From positions 186,001 through 248,000 of the forward strand of contig MU053334.1 in NCBI GenBank assembly GCA_013239625.1: 62,000 bases of DNA. The letters run 5' to 3'. Origin of the DNA: Lama guanicoe (lineage: Eukaryota). This document shows positions 1-18,131 of the stretch, piece by piece. The notes beneath the pieces were generated by a model, which was given only the letters and a program-made list of their open reading frames with translations, was not told the origin of the DNA and ran no database searches. Each line of letters opens with the position of its first letter. Positions within the stretch are counted from its first letter, which is position 1. The position numbers and the translations under genes were made by a program.

Positions 1-1059
1 CCCGCCAGGCCGCGCTGGGAAGTCTCCAGAGGACACTGCCGTGCGTGTGGGAGGGGACAGAGGCGGCAGAAGTCACCAGAGAGGAAGACGGGGCAAGGAT
101 GGGGCACACCCAGCAAGGCAGGTGCCTGTGGGAGGAAAAGGGCTGAGCGAGTATTAGAAGCAATCTGCATTCTGCAGGAGCTCATGCAGAGGACTGGAAG
201 AGTTCTGCAGGGGCAGGGAACGGCCCCGAAAGGGCGTCCATGGGTCAGTAAAGATGGAGGCAGGTGAAGCCGGGCTCTGTGACCAACCAAACGCTCATCC
301 CCAGCCCCCAGAGTCGAATCCCTGGGTCCCTCCTGAGTCCTGTGAGCACCTACGCCCCGGAAGGAACTGCTGTCCTGAGTCTGGGGTTCCCCTACACACA
401 CACTTGAACTTTAAGGCCTGTGTCCACCCCCCGATGCTGTGCAGGCTTTAAAGGGGAAGTTTAAAAGCTCTGGGGAACAGTCTCACCTCCCTGTCGCTCC
501 CCGCCAAGCTGCAGACCGGACAGGTGCCAGAGCACGTGTGAGGACAGGCTGACCAGGTAACAAACAGGGACCTCCCGCCACGGCCTGTGGGCAGCACAGT
601 GCAAGCTGCCCCACTGCCCCTCAGGCCTTCAGGTGACACAGCCCAAGCCTTGGGACAGAGCCAGAGCCACCCAGCCCAGCCACCCTCACAGTCTTTCACT
701 TAAATTGTGGTAAAATAGCTGTAACATAACAGGTGCCCACTTAACCGTTTTTATCTGTGCAGCTCGGGCACTTAGCTCTTTCACACTGTTGTGTGACCAT
801 CACCATCCACCTCCAGGACTTGTCCATCTTCCCAAAGTGACACCCTGTCCCCATGAAACACAGCCCCCCAGCCCCTGCCCCCACCGTCCTACTGTCTCTC
901 TCTGTGAATGGTGACCCTGGGGACCCCATGTGAGAGGAATCTCACAGGATGTGTCCCTCTGTGTCTGGCTTACTTCACTGAGCATCACGTCCCCGAGGTC
1001 CGTTCAAGTCGTGTGTGTCAGAACTGTCTCCCTTTCTGAGGCTGAACAACGTTCCTTCA

Positions 1060-1875
1060 TACAGAACACATTCCTGCACCCAGTCCCAACATGTGCGGCT
1101 TTTTCCCCAAACCACCAAGCACTCCTCCACCACCACCAGCTGGAGGTCAGACAATTCAACTCACTTCTCCTTCTGACTCTCTCCACCTGGAGATTGCACC
1201 AGAGTCCACGGGTCAAGGGCTCAGTCCCACGGGACGGCCCCCACTTCAGATGCCAAGCCAGGTTGCCACCTGTGCTTCTGACCAACCGACGACAAAGAGC
1301 AGGCTCCCACGACCCCCTTCTCTGGTTCGATTGATTTGCTAGGGCAGTTCGCAGAATCCAGGATACCAGTTTACTTACTAGATTGCTGGTTATTACAAAG
1401 GATATTAAAGGGTACGGACAAACAGCCAGAGGAGAGATACACGGGGCGAGGTTTGGAAGGGTTGCAAATACAGGAGCTTCTGTCCCTGCGGAGTTTGGAG
1501 CCCAGCACGTGGACCCGTTCTGGTTCGCCAACCTGGAAGCTCTCTGAACGACCCCCCTTTATGGGTTTTCATGGAGGCTCCACCCCTCTAATCATGGGTG
1601 GCTCCCCTGGCCACCATACCCCCATCCTTGGGGGATTTTCTGGAGTCACCTCACTAACACAGACTCCGCGTGGTCGTGGGAGGCTTGTTATGGATAACAG
1701 GACACCCGTTTCACTTCCTGGCTCTGAAGGGATTTCAGGAACTGAGGCCAAAAGACCCAATGTCATAAAAAGATGCTCCCGTTGCTCTTAGGAAATTCCG
1801 AGGGTTTGGGGGTGTGTGAGCCAGGAGCTGGGGACAAAGATCAACCCTGTATTGACCACAAATCACACTGCCACA
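1060..1875 (-). mobile_element. LTR, MER21-like (ERVL/ERV1 group)
   Basis: Recalled MER21-type motifs (CAATTCAACTCA.TTCT, AAGGATATTAAAGG, AAAAGATGCTCC..TTGCTCTTA) and an end ...ATCACACTGCCACA. Boundaries approximate. Confidence 0.6.
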
Positions 1876-2008
1876 TAGGGTTGTACCATGTCTCGTTTAT
1901 CCATCACCCGTCGATGGACACGTGGTGGTTTCCATGTTTTAGCTGTTGTGACTGATGCTGTGAACGTGGGTGTGCAAATACCTCGAGACCCTGCTTTCGA
2001 CTGGGGAT

Positions 2009-2435
2009 TGTGGAAGGAAAATAAAAATGGAAGGGGTATTGCTAAGGGCCAGCTGTAAAGCAAAGCCAGGAGCTCCCTGAGGAGGTGGGACTGTGCACGC
2101 CTCAGTCTGGATGGAGTCTGACCTTTGGGCTTGTTGCCCGAACGCAGCCATCAGAACATTGCCAGAAAGTCAAGACACTTGTCAGACCCTGACCCTAAAC
2201 CAGCAGCTGATTCCTTAGGGACAAGCACCTCCTGGCTCTCGTCAGAGTCAGTCCCAGGCTCAGCAGACAGCTCCAGCGTCCTCCGGCCCTTGTCTTTGAA
2301 AGCTGGACTCTTCCTCTTCCCCTGAACCCTCTTTCTGTTTCACCCAAATCTGTGTCTCCTGAACCACAGTCCTTAAGACCCCAGATCAACCGTCTTCTCC
2401 TATTTGTAGCCTCCCGCTTTGTGCTTTGGTCGACA
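2009..2435 (+). mobile_element. Solo LTR with 4-bp TSD
   Basis: TG (2009)...CA (2435) flanked by GGAT at 2005-2008 and 2436-2439; the host L1 rejoins seamlessly. Confidence 0.8.
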
Positions 2436-4982
2436 GGATGTTCCCAGAAGTGGACTTGCCAGGTCACATGGGAATTCTGTCTGTTGTTTTCTGAGGCCCC
2501 TCCACACCGTCCTCCATGGTGGGAACATCCCCCACCAGCAGGGCAGGGGCGGGGGTCCCCTTCCCCACACCCTCACAGACGCCTGTGTTTTCCGTTATGT
2601 TGAGAGTAGCCGCCCTCACGGGGGTCAGTGGTGCCTCCTTGAGGCTGTGACTTGCATTTCCCTGGTGGTCGGTGACTTCGGGCATCTTTGCTCATGGGCC
2701 ATTTGGGGCCTCTTCGGAGAAAGGTCCTTGCCCGTGTTTGAATCGGGTTGTTTGTTTTCTGCTGGGGTCGTAGGCGCCCTGTGTGTCTCCTGACACCAAC
2801 CCTCATCAGATGTGACGATTTGCCCCTTCATCCTGTAGACTGCATCCTTTGATACAAAGTTTAAAATTTTGATGTCACTCCTTTTATCACATTTTCATTT
2901 ATTGCCTGTGCTTTTGGTGTCATATCCAAAAAATCATCGCGCTCGTGGGGTTCCTGACCCACGGAAATGGCTCTCTTCCTTCCTCGTGACTAAGGCCAGT
3001 GGCAGGGATTGCTCAACCCAGCAGCCCCAGCCTTCCACACCTGCCCTGCGTGCTCGCCTGACTCACCGGCCGTGACGTCACCTTCACGCCCTCCACCCAG
3101 CACCCCCCAGGACCTGCCCTTCTCAGCCTCACCTGTGTCCATGCTCCCCTCCTCCACCTGCAGCAGCTCCTTTTCTCTGGGCCAAGCCCCACTGAGGTCA
3201 AATCCACCTTCTGCCCCTCCCGACCCCGCCCAGAGTTGCTGGAGGAACAGGTGGCACCCACCTGCCAAGCCCAGTCGCCGCGTCTCATTGGCCCAACCCC
3301 CCCAGCCCCCGCCCTCTCGGCTGGTGACTGGCCTCCTGGAACATCCCTGAAGACGGAAGCGGTCAGCAGAGCCTCCGCACATGTCCCCAGCATTCTGCCC
3401 CGCCTGTCGGTGCCCAGGCTGCTGCCTGCCCCTCCCACCACCCCTGACGCCCTGTCTGGTGACAAAGGCCACCCCTGCATGAGTGCCCCCACCCCAGCCC
3501 TTACTAGCTCTGCTCCCTTCACAGCCCCAAAGCCTTGAGTGAGCAGGACTCTACCCTTGCCCCACCTCCTCCTCCCACCCCTGACCGTGGTGGTCCCTGG
3601 CGGAGTCAGCACAGAGTCCCAGCAGGAGGCCACCCTCAAGGCCCTGGAGCACCCCTCCCACACCCCCAGGGCACCTAGTTTTCCAGATGCTCCTCCCAGA
3701 TCCAGGCCCCACCTTGCGCACGGCCTGGCCTTCTCCATCTCTCTCCTGGGTGGTCCCTCCTGCCTCCTGGCTTCAGGTGCCCTGGTTCGGTGCCTCTCAA
3801 ATGTGCTTCTCCAGGCTAAGCCCCCACTAAGCTCAAGACCTTAAACCCTCTGCAGCTTGGCTTTTAGCATCAAGACACCCCAAACCAGAAGCTCCTGCCC
3901 CCCACCCGGTGCACTCCCTTACGTCAGCCTGGGATGCGGGTGCTGGCTGTCTTGGCCCCTCGCTCATGTCCACTCTGCACCCACTCCATCCTAGCCGCCC
4001 TCTGGTCACTGTCCCTGCCCCAGGGAGAGCAGTGGCCCTGCACTGCCTCCACCCTCGCCCCCTCAGTCTGTTCCCCACACAGCACCCAAAGAAAGCCTTT
4101 AAAATTAAGTCCTACCTCATCCTTCCTCTGCTCCAAGCCCTCCAGACTCCTGAAACAAGTCTTTGCAGAGGGCTGGGTGATCTCAAGGGGTCCCCTGTTG
4201 CCTCCAGACCTCAGCTTCTTACAGTTCCTATGGCAAGCAGTGACTCCTGCCTCAGGGCCTTTGCACTGGCTGTTTCTTTTCTGCAGTGCCCTGCCTGGCT
4301 CTCCCCCAGAACCTGGTGTCTGCTCAAGGCCAGCTTCTCAAGGAAGCTTCCCCGGATGCCCCTGACCCCTCGCAGGCCCATGGCCTCTGCCCCATAGAGT
4401 TCCTATTTTGCGTGGTCCACAGGAGGGTCCTGGTGCTGCTGAGACAGAGTCCTGGAGCCCTCCCGGGCTGTGAGGATGCTGTGCTCTGCGCTTTCAGGGC
4501 CTGCAGTGAGGCTGGACCTCCTCAGGGCAGCCACCTGCCCACGACCCAACCCGACCCTCTGCCTGTCCCCAGGGATCAGTGTACTGGGTGGGGACCTGGC
4601 TGGGGACGCCCGGAGGGCACCGAGGCCCCTGGGGAGTCTCCTCCAGCCCATGCAAGAGCACCCAGGGAGTCTTCCCTGCCTTCCACCACCTGGGCCACAG
4701 GGCCAGGGCTTAGGGGCACCCTGGGAAGGGGCTGAGTCAGGTGCTGGACCCACGGGAAGCCCACCTAGATGGGTCAGAGCTAGCCAGGCACCCCTGAGAG
4801 CCTTCTCCCAGCCCCCTTTCCCCAACCCCTTGCTCCTTCTGTGACCCTGAGGCTTTAGCTCTCCCTTGTCCCCCTTCCTTCCTGTCTCACTTTCGTTCAC
4901 TGTAATGCTTGTGAGAATTAAATGAGTTGTTGCAGGTGTCAATGAGATAGGAAATTTCAATTAAAAAAAAGTTTTTAAAAAA

Positions 4983-5511
4983 TGAGACAGGAGGGAAGGG
5001 GGTGGGGAACAGCCATTAAAGGAACGACACAGCAATTAGCGCCAAGATGGCGGAAACGTCAACTCCCAGTAGACCTGGAGGCCCAAGACGAGGGAGATTT
5101 GACCTCCACTGGACCTTGAGCTTCATTACACACACTGTAACATGTTAGCCTGGTGAGTGACCCGAGGCTACCCATGAAAGGTGAAGGAGAGGGGGTGGCC
5201 CCCTCCCCAAAGTAGCTGGAATAACCCTCCCACTTGTCAGCACGTGATGACTAACAGCCCTGCACCTGGGGTCGTTCCTGGCTTCCCAGAAGGCCTGCAC
5301 TCTGCCTGCGGAGTGTGTATCTATTTCTACTTGACCCCAGCCCTTCCCCATTCATCTCTCTAAATAAATCTACTTTTACTCAACTGTGGCTCGCTCTTGA
5401 ATTCTTTCCTGTGCAAGCCCAAGGACCCTCACTGGGCGGGGTGCATTCCAGGGACTCGTCTGAGACCTGGGACACGGCCATCCTCTCATGCCCTACATTT
5501 TTCCTGTATCA
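4983..5511 (+). mobile_element. Solo LTR (ERV1-like)
   Basis: Starts TGAGACAGG, internal AATAAA about 5363, U5-like TTGAATTCTTTCCTGTGCAAGCCCAAG, ends TCA. No clear TSD. Confidence 0.65.
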
Positions 5512-5911
5512 TCGCTAGTCCATCACTATTCCTGGACAGGTGTCTCTGCTGCATGACGCTTCTGCTGATGGATATCCGGGTCCCTTCCAGCTGGGAAGTT
5601 TAATCAGTGACGCTGCTGTGATTATCCGTGTGCAGATCTTTGTGGATGCGTTCTTCTGAGGAGTGAGAGTGCCAGGTCACATGGTAAGTACGCGCTTGAC
5701 ATTATGACAAGACACCAAACCGTTTCCCCAGCAGTTCACCTTGTGTCATGCTGTGTCCCCTCCAGCGCCGTGGGAGTTCCAGTTTCTCCACAACCTCACC
5801 AGCACTTGGTATTGCCATTTGAGTGAGAGAAAGGAGACTGTGGTTTTAATTTGCATTTCTCTGATTAACACATATCTCCTGTGAAGTGTATTTCCTGCTT
5901 CTGCATTTCTC

Positions 5912-6472
5912 TGTGAAACTGAGCAGGACCCCATGGGGCAGTTCCAGGTGCAAACCCTTTCCTAATCCCCTGTTTTCTGTTTGCAGGAAGTAGGCGTCAT
6001 TCAGTCTCCTTGGCCCTCCCGAGTGCCAAAGGGCAGATTTGGCCAATTGCTACACAGGGGGGGAGGGAGTGCGACGCAAGGGAGGAAGAGCCCAGAAACT
6101 ACAGTGCAGCTGGGGCAGGTCCCGGCTCCTCCTCAAGGAACATGCAGAAAATTATCTTGTTTTTCTGCAGGAACTAAGGCCCCCACCCAGGCGGAGGATG
6201 GCAACTTCTGGCTGAGCACAAGATTCTGGAAACTTCACCTGGTTACCTCACCATCAACCAATCAGAAGAAAGTCACACATCCTGCCTCCCTCACCCCCAG
6301 TTTTACCTATGAAAACTTCTCCCTAAAAACCATGGGAGAGTTCTGGGCTTCTGAGCACAAGACACTGGTTCTCGCTGGGCTCTGCAGTAAACCTTTCTCT
6401 GCTCCAAACGCCAGCGTTTCGGTTTGTCTGGCCTCACTGTTCGTGGGGCACGTGAACTTGCCTTCAGTAACA
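5912..6472 (+). mobile_element. Solo LTR (ERV1-like) inserted in an L1 fragment
   Basis: TG...AACA ends, CCAAT about 6258, AGTAAA polyA-like signal, imperfect TCTC/TTTC flanks; L1-like sequence at 5520-5910. Confidence 0.65.
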
Positions 6473-6510
6473 TTTCCTATGACTGATGCTGTACTGCCTG
6501 GGACACCTTC

Positions 6511-7385
6511 TGTTGATGAAAAACTAAGCAGTTGATCTAAGAAAGAAACGGAAAATGTTATTTGAGCCAAACTGAGGATTATAACCTGGGAACAGCCCCT
6601 CAGAAAGCCCCGAGAATCATTCTGCCCATTAGACGTCAAGGCACAATTTTTGAGGTGGAGGGCAGTGTGTTAAATGACACATTGTTGACAGTCTATACAA
6701 TCCAGGTCTGGCTCCTTACGAGATCAAGAAGGAATTGTGGGGCCAACATCCTTCAAGTCCAAGGACACCATTCTCAGACGTCCGCCTGCGATCAATCCCT
6801 CAACAGATAAAGTACATTCTTTCCTGGGCGTGTTTCCCCAACAAACTGGCAGCCTCAGGTCATGCCCAACCTCACAACAGCTCCGGCTGGCTTGTTTCAG
6901 CCCACACCTCCACCTTATCAGAGCCATAGACCCTAAACTTCTTACCTCACCTGCAGCCAATCAGAGACGTGTGCACAAGCCGATCAGGCTACCTTGTGAT
7001 CCGACCTGATAAAAGACCCCAACACCCGGCCCTCGGGGCCCACACGAGCACCTCTCGCCTGTGGCAGCGTGACCTAACACACTCCTCTCTGTTCTCGCCC
7101 TTTGCCTTTTGTACCTGCTTTTACCAACCTGCACGCAACACCGACTGCTGAGTTGTGTTCACGACAGGAATGTTATCTTCAAGGAGCTGTCTTGTTGGTG
7201 TTGGGACAGTGTTGCTCTTTACGGTTAAGCAGTATTTCTGTTGATGGGGAGCTCGAAGCATAATGCAGATACACAACGCACAAGAGAGGGGAGACAGGAG
7301 GCCAAGTGGCAGAGAACACGTCTTTTATGTTTAAATTTTTCTTGTCTTGCCATAAAATGTGAATTTTATTTCGTATTTCTGAACA
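6511..7385 (-). mobile_element. LTR-like element split by a nested LTR
   Basis: TGTTG...GAACA termini and LTR-like composition; interrupted at 6736-7166. Confidence 0.5.
6736..7166 (+). mobile_element. Solo LTR with 5-bp TSD
   Basis: TG (6736)...CA (7166) flanked by GGAAT at 6731-6735 and 7167-7171; CCAAT about 6957 and GATAAAA about 7008. Confidence 0.8.
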
Positions 7386-8075
7386 TAGTACTACTCATCT
7401 GGGGCAGATTCCCAGAATCAAGGCAAGGACAACTGACCCATCCTGGAGAAAATGAAGCCACCTCACCGCCCCTCCGAGCCCCTCCCCAGGCACCAGGCCC
7501 GCCTGAGGTAGCCAGGGCCCGGAGGAGCGGCCAGGCCTGAGGAGAGGATGCGCACCCTGGGCGCCCCCAGCCCCACGAGGGTTGGCAGGGGGCGGCAACC
7601 CAAACCCACGAGCACACCCCCAGCGCACTCGCGCCGGCCGCCCCTCGCCGCAGGCGCCCTGACCGCCGGAGCGGCTGCCGGTCAGGGAGCAGGGCCAAGA
7701 AAGGCCTTTTTCACCGTCCGCGGGGGCCGTGGCCCAGGGTCTGAGGTGTCCAGGCCCCTCTGGGACTCCGCTCTCCCGAGACCGTTTAACGCCTCAGCCT
7801 GAACTCGGTGGGTCCTCGTCGGCCTGTGCTCCAGCTCTCTCCGCACTGGAGGCAGGAGGGAAGCGAGCCGGCGCGTTCGCCGGGGGCAGCACCTCTCAGG
7901 GGATCACTGCCCCAGGGGCGCACCAGTGCTGGGGGAGGCGTCACGCCGGGCTCAACGCTCCGAGGGGCTCAACGCCTCGCGCCGGGGGTACACCGATTTC
8001 GGGGCGCACCACTGGAAGGGTGCCTTGCTCCAACGCACTCCCGACTCCAGGGGCCCCGCCCCGCCCCGCCCCGCC

Positions 8076-8260
8076 NNNNNNNNNNNNNNNNNNNNNNNNN
8101 NNNNNNNNNNNNNNNNNNNNNNNNNNNNNNNNNNNNNNNNNNNNNNNNNNNNNNNNNNNNNNNNNNNNNNNNNNNNNNNNNNNNNNNNNNNNNNNNNNNN
8201 NNNNNNNNNNNNNNNNNNNNNNNNNNNNNNNNNNNNNNNNNNNNNNNNNNNNNNNNNNNN
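8076..8260. other. Assembly gap (185 N) covering the TALDO1 TSS and start codon
   Basis: Run of N between a GC-box array and the end of TALDO1 exon 1. Confidence 1.
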
Positions 8261-14873
<6,613 letters not shown>

Positions 14874-16269
14874 TGGCGCCTGAGGCTGGACCACGGACCC
14901 GCGCCGTCTCAGAAGCACCTCCTCAGAACCAGGGGTCCAACTGCACACGCCTAGTAGTGAATCTTGCCTTTTTTACTAATTGGAGTGGGGATGAATCACA
15001 GACTTCTGATTTTATGTAAAATTCTGCTCGGTGCATTAAAGCCCTCGTTTTTCCTTCCTGCCTGCAGGGCTTCATTCCCCTCTCCACACCAACCACCCTA
15101 CCTGGGCTGCCACTGCGGCCCCAACTGGGGTGGGGTTGGGTTACAAGCCCCACGAGGCCCTCAGGAGTGATAGCCCCTCACCTGATCACAAGCCTGCTGC
15201 TGGGCAGTGACCTGGAAGCCTTGACACTGAAGGTGGGGATTGGCCTGGAGCCCCCAGCGGCCCCCCAGGCTAGTGGGGTGTGCAGGCAGAGGGTTGGCAG
15301 CTACAGGCACCCAGGAGAGGAGCGGCCCCACCCCCTGCTTGAGGGCCTCCTGTCCCCACCTCCCTGGGGCTGAAGCATCAGCCTGGAGGACCCTCCTCAC
15401 ACCCTGGGTTCCTTGTGGGGCAGTGGCGCCACCTTGTGGGGATGGCACAGTGCACTGGCCAACAGCTTCAAAACCTCAAATCCAGAGTGAGGGGTGGGGA
15501 ATCATTTGCGGGGCTGGTGACAGGTGGTCCACACAGGAGCCCCCACCATCTGCTCCTGAACACAGCAAGGCAGGGACAAGGGTCTGGATGAGGCTGCCCA
15601 GGAGCAGGATGGGAGCCACAGGCCAGCACCCCCCAGCCCACCCCACCCCTGGTATGGAGGCAGCCCAGCTGGCCCTCCAGACCCAGTGGTGGAGCCAGGT
15701 GTTAGGACCTGTATATTGGACACAGCCCTGCTCCCGCTAAGGGTCAGCAGGGAGCCCCTGTGCCCCCCAATCCCTGCTTCCCTCTGGCAGCCACTCCCCC
15801 ATCCTGGGAGCCAGAACACACTTGTCTCCAGCTTCCTGCAGGGTTGTGGGGGCACCAAGCTCACTGAGCCCACTTGCTGGAGGTTGGAGCAGAAGGGCTG
15901 GGGGTTGGGGGTTCTGGAGCCACCTCCAGCCGCCCTCCCCAAAAGCAAACGCAGTGCTGGGCAGACAGGGCAGATCTAAGGACCGGCTGATCCAGCTCAT
16001 CAGGGTGCTGAAGGGGCCTCCTTGGGTTGGGTAGGGGCGGGACATCAAACCACAGGGACCTGCCGAGGGTCCAAGTGGTGGACAGGGCTTCTCACCTCTG
16101 CAGGGCCCCTCCCAGCTCTCAGCTGCCTGGCTGAGTTGGGGGCCAAGGCTTCCTACAGCCCCAGCAACCCCAGCCCCCTCCCCATGAGCAGTCAAGGGGC
16201 TGTCCTGGGGGGACAGAGATATCTCAGTCCAGCCTGGCCAGAGGCCTCAGGATACAGCCTACCCACTCA

Positions 16270-16640
16270 GCGTACAACCTGTGTGGCCAGCAGCACTGAG
16301 CTTTAGAGTATGTTTGTTCCCCTGAAAGAAGACATCATGTCCATCAGCCTCTGTTCGCACTCACAAATGACCAATCCACTTTGAATTTTCTGGGTATTTC
16401 CTATCTGTCTGGCTTCTTTCACTTAGCAAGGCGTTTTCAAGGTTCGCTCACACATCACAATGCTGTCAGAACTTCACTGTTTTCCGGCCACACAGCATTC
16501 CACCTTTACAGAGGTTATTATCCATTAATAAGGATGCTGCTTATGGAAGCTACGACTTCATGTCACCAATCACACCATGGACATTCACACACCATTTTGT
16601 GGTGGTGTAGGTTTTTCTTTCTTTGGGTAGACCTCTGGGT
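16270..16640 (-). mobile_element. Degenerate L1 3' fragment
   Basis: TCTGGCTTCTTTCACTTAGCA..TTTTCAAGGTTC motif. Confidence 0.55.
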
Positions 16641-18131
16641 CTGTTTTAAACACCTTGGGCATGTGGGGAAACCCCAGGCATCCACACCCACCCATCGGCC
16701 ACCTCCCAGCTTCAGGGGCTGCCCCCTGCCCCAACCCCAGTGTCCCTGGACCTGGCATACTCAGGACCAAGCCACAGAGGGCGGACTCAGCCACCCAGGG
16801 CACAGGGCTGTGGAGGGCCCCCTGCAGGGCCCACCTGGGTCTTGATCTGGCCCAGCAGAACCCCTTCAAAGATAACCAATGTTGCCCCTGAGGGCACCCC
16901 AAAAAACTGTTCAGAGCCGTTACTGTGTGAGGACTGCAGACACAGGACGACTGGACCCCTGGTGAGGCTGGCCAGGCCCACTGTGCACAGAGCAGGCCAG
17001 CAGGTGTCGGGACCCCCAGAATTGTTCTTCTGGGAGATGCCAGGGAGGAGAACGCATGCAGGGAGCACCTCAGCCTGGTCTGTGGAGCAGGAGGGAAGCA
17101 GCCTCGGACCCGGGGGCGCCCTGCTTCCTTCTGAGGGGTTGGAAGCAGCAGAGCCAGTCAGGCTGAGATAACAAGGAGGAGGGTGACAGAGAAAGGTTGG
17201 GGACACATGCAGCTCCAGGAGGACCCGCCTAAGGGCCACAGGCCAGGCCCCCCCAGGGAAGCTGGAGAGCGATCGGGCTGCACCAGGAGCCAGCCAGCCA
17301 GACCGCCACCTGGCGTACCCAGCAAAGGTCAGTCCAGGGCCTGCGAGGTAAGGACTGTCCGCCACCCCTGCCAACCCACGCCGGCCAGCCACACCCAGGG
17401 CTTCCTTCCAAGTGGAACTCGGGCCTCCCTCACTTCCACCAGGCAGAGCAGCTGCAGAACCAGCTCGGCTGTCACCACCTGGAGGCCCCTGGGCAGGACT
17501 AGGGTGGTGTATTCACAATCAAAGTGTTCCTCTCAACATCAGAAGGGACACGGTGGCACCGCAGCGTCCACCCCAAGGTCCACCCAGGCCTTACGCGGGG
17601 TCGCCCTCACACTGGCAACCATGCACCAGGTAAGGGTCAGCGCCAGTGGGCAGGACCCTCCCCACACAGCCCCCACCAACACCCAAAGCGATGGGGAGAC
17701 CGCAGACAGGCCCCAGAAATGGGACCCTGGGGCCCTGCCTGTCACTGCCCAGCTAGCCGTCATCCTGGCTTCCAGGAGGGCTCAGCCTCTGTTCCCCTAC
17801 ACGGGTGCAGAACGAGGGTAGGGAGGGGCCAGGACAGCCCCGCAGCCGACTCACTGGGCATCACAGCTTGCTCTCTGTGGAAGACAGAATTCTCAAGGAC
17901 CATTTGGCGGTCTCGGCGCTCTCCACCTCCTCCCCAAGGAGACGGTGCCGGGGTCGGGGCTGGGCCCGCCCCAGAGCTGACAGCCCTCAGGGAGGGTCCT
18001 CAGCCTCCACCCCCAGGGCCAGGTGAGGTGTCGCAGAGGCAGGCCCGGGAGGCCCGAGAGTCCAGCTGCCTCTGGGGACACCCGGGACGCCTGGAGGTGG
18101 CAGCACCTGCTGCCAGGCTGCTCCGGCCGCC

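Larger units (their letters stand above)
700..2940 (-). mobile_element. Old L1 (L1M-type) 3' fragment interrupted by two LTRs
   Basis: L1 3' motifs (TGGCTTACTTCACTGAGCAT, TTTATCCATCA..GATGGACA, CCAGAAGTGGA..GGTCACATGG) continue across insertions at about 1060-1875 and 2009-2435. Confidence 0.75.

Noticed and set aside
7948..7980. Duplicated GGGCTCAACGC in the TALDO1 promoter
   Set aside because: Two short copies with no motif I can assign.
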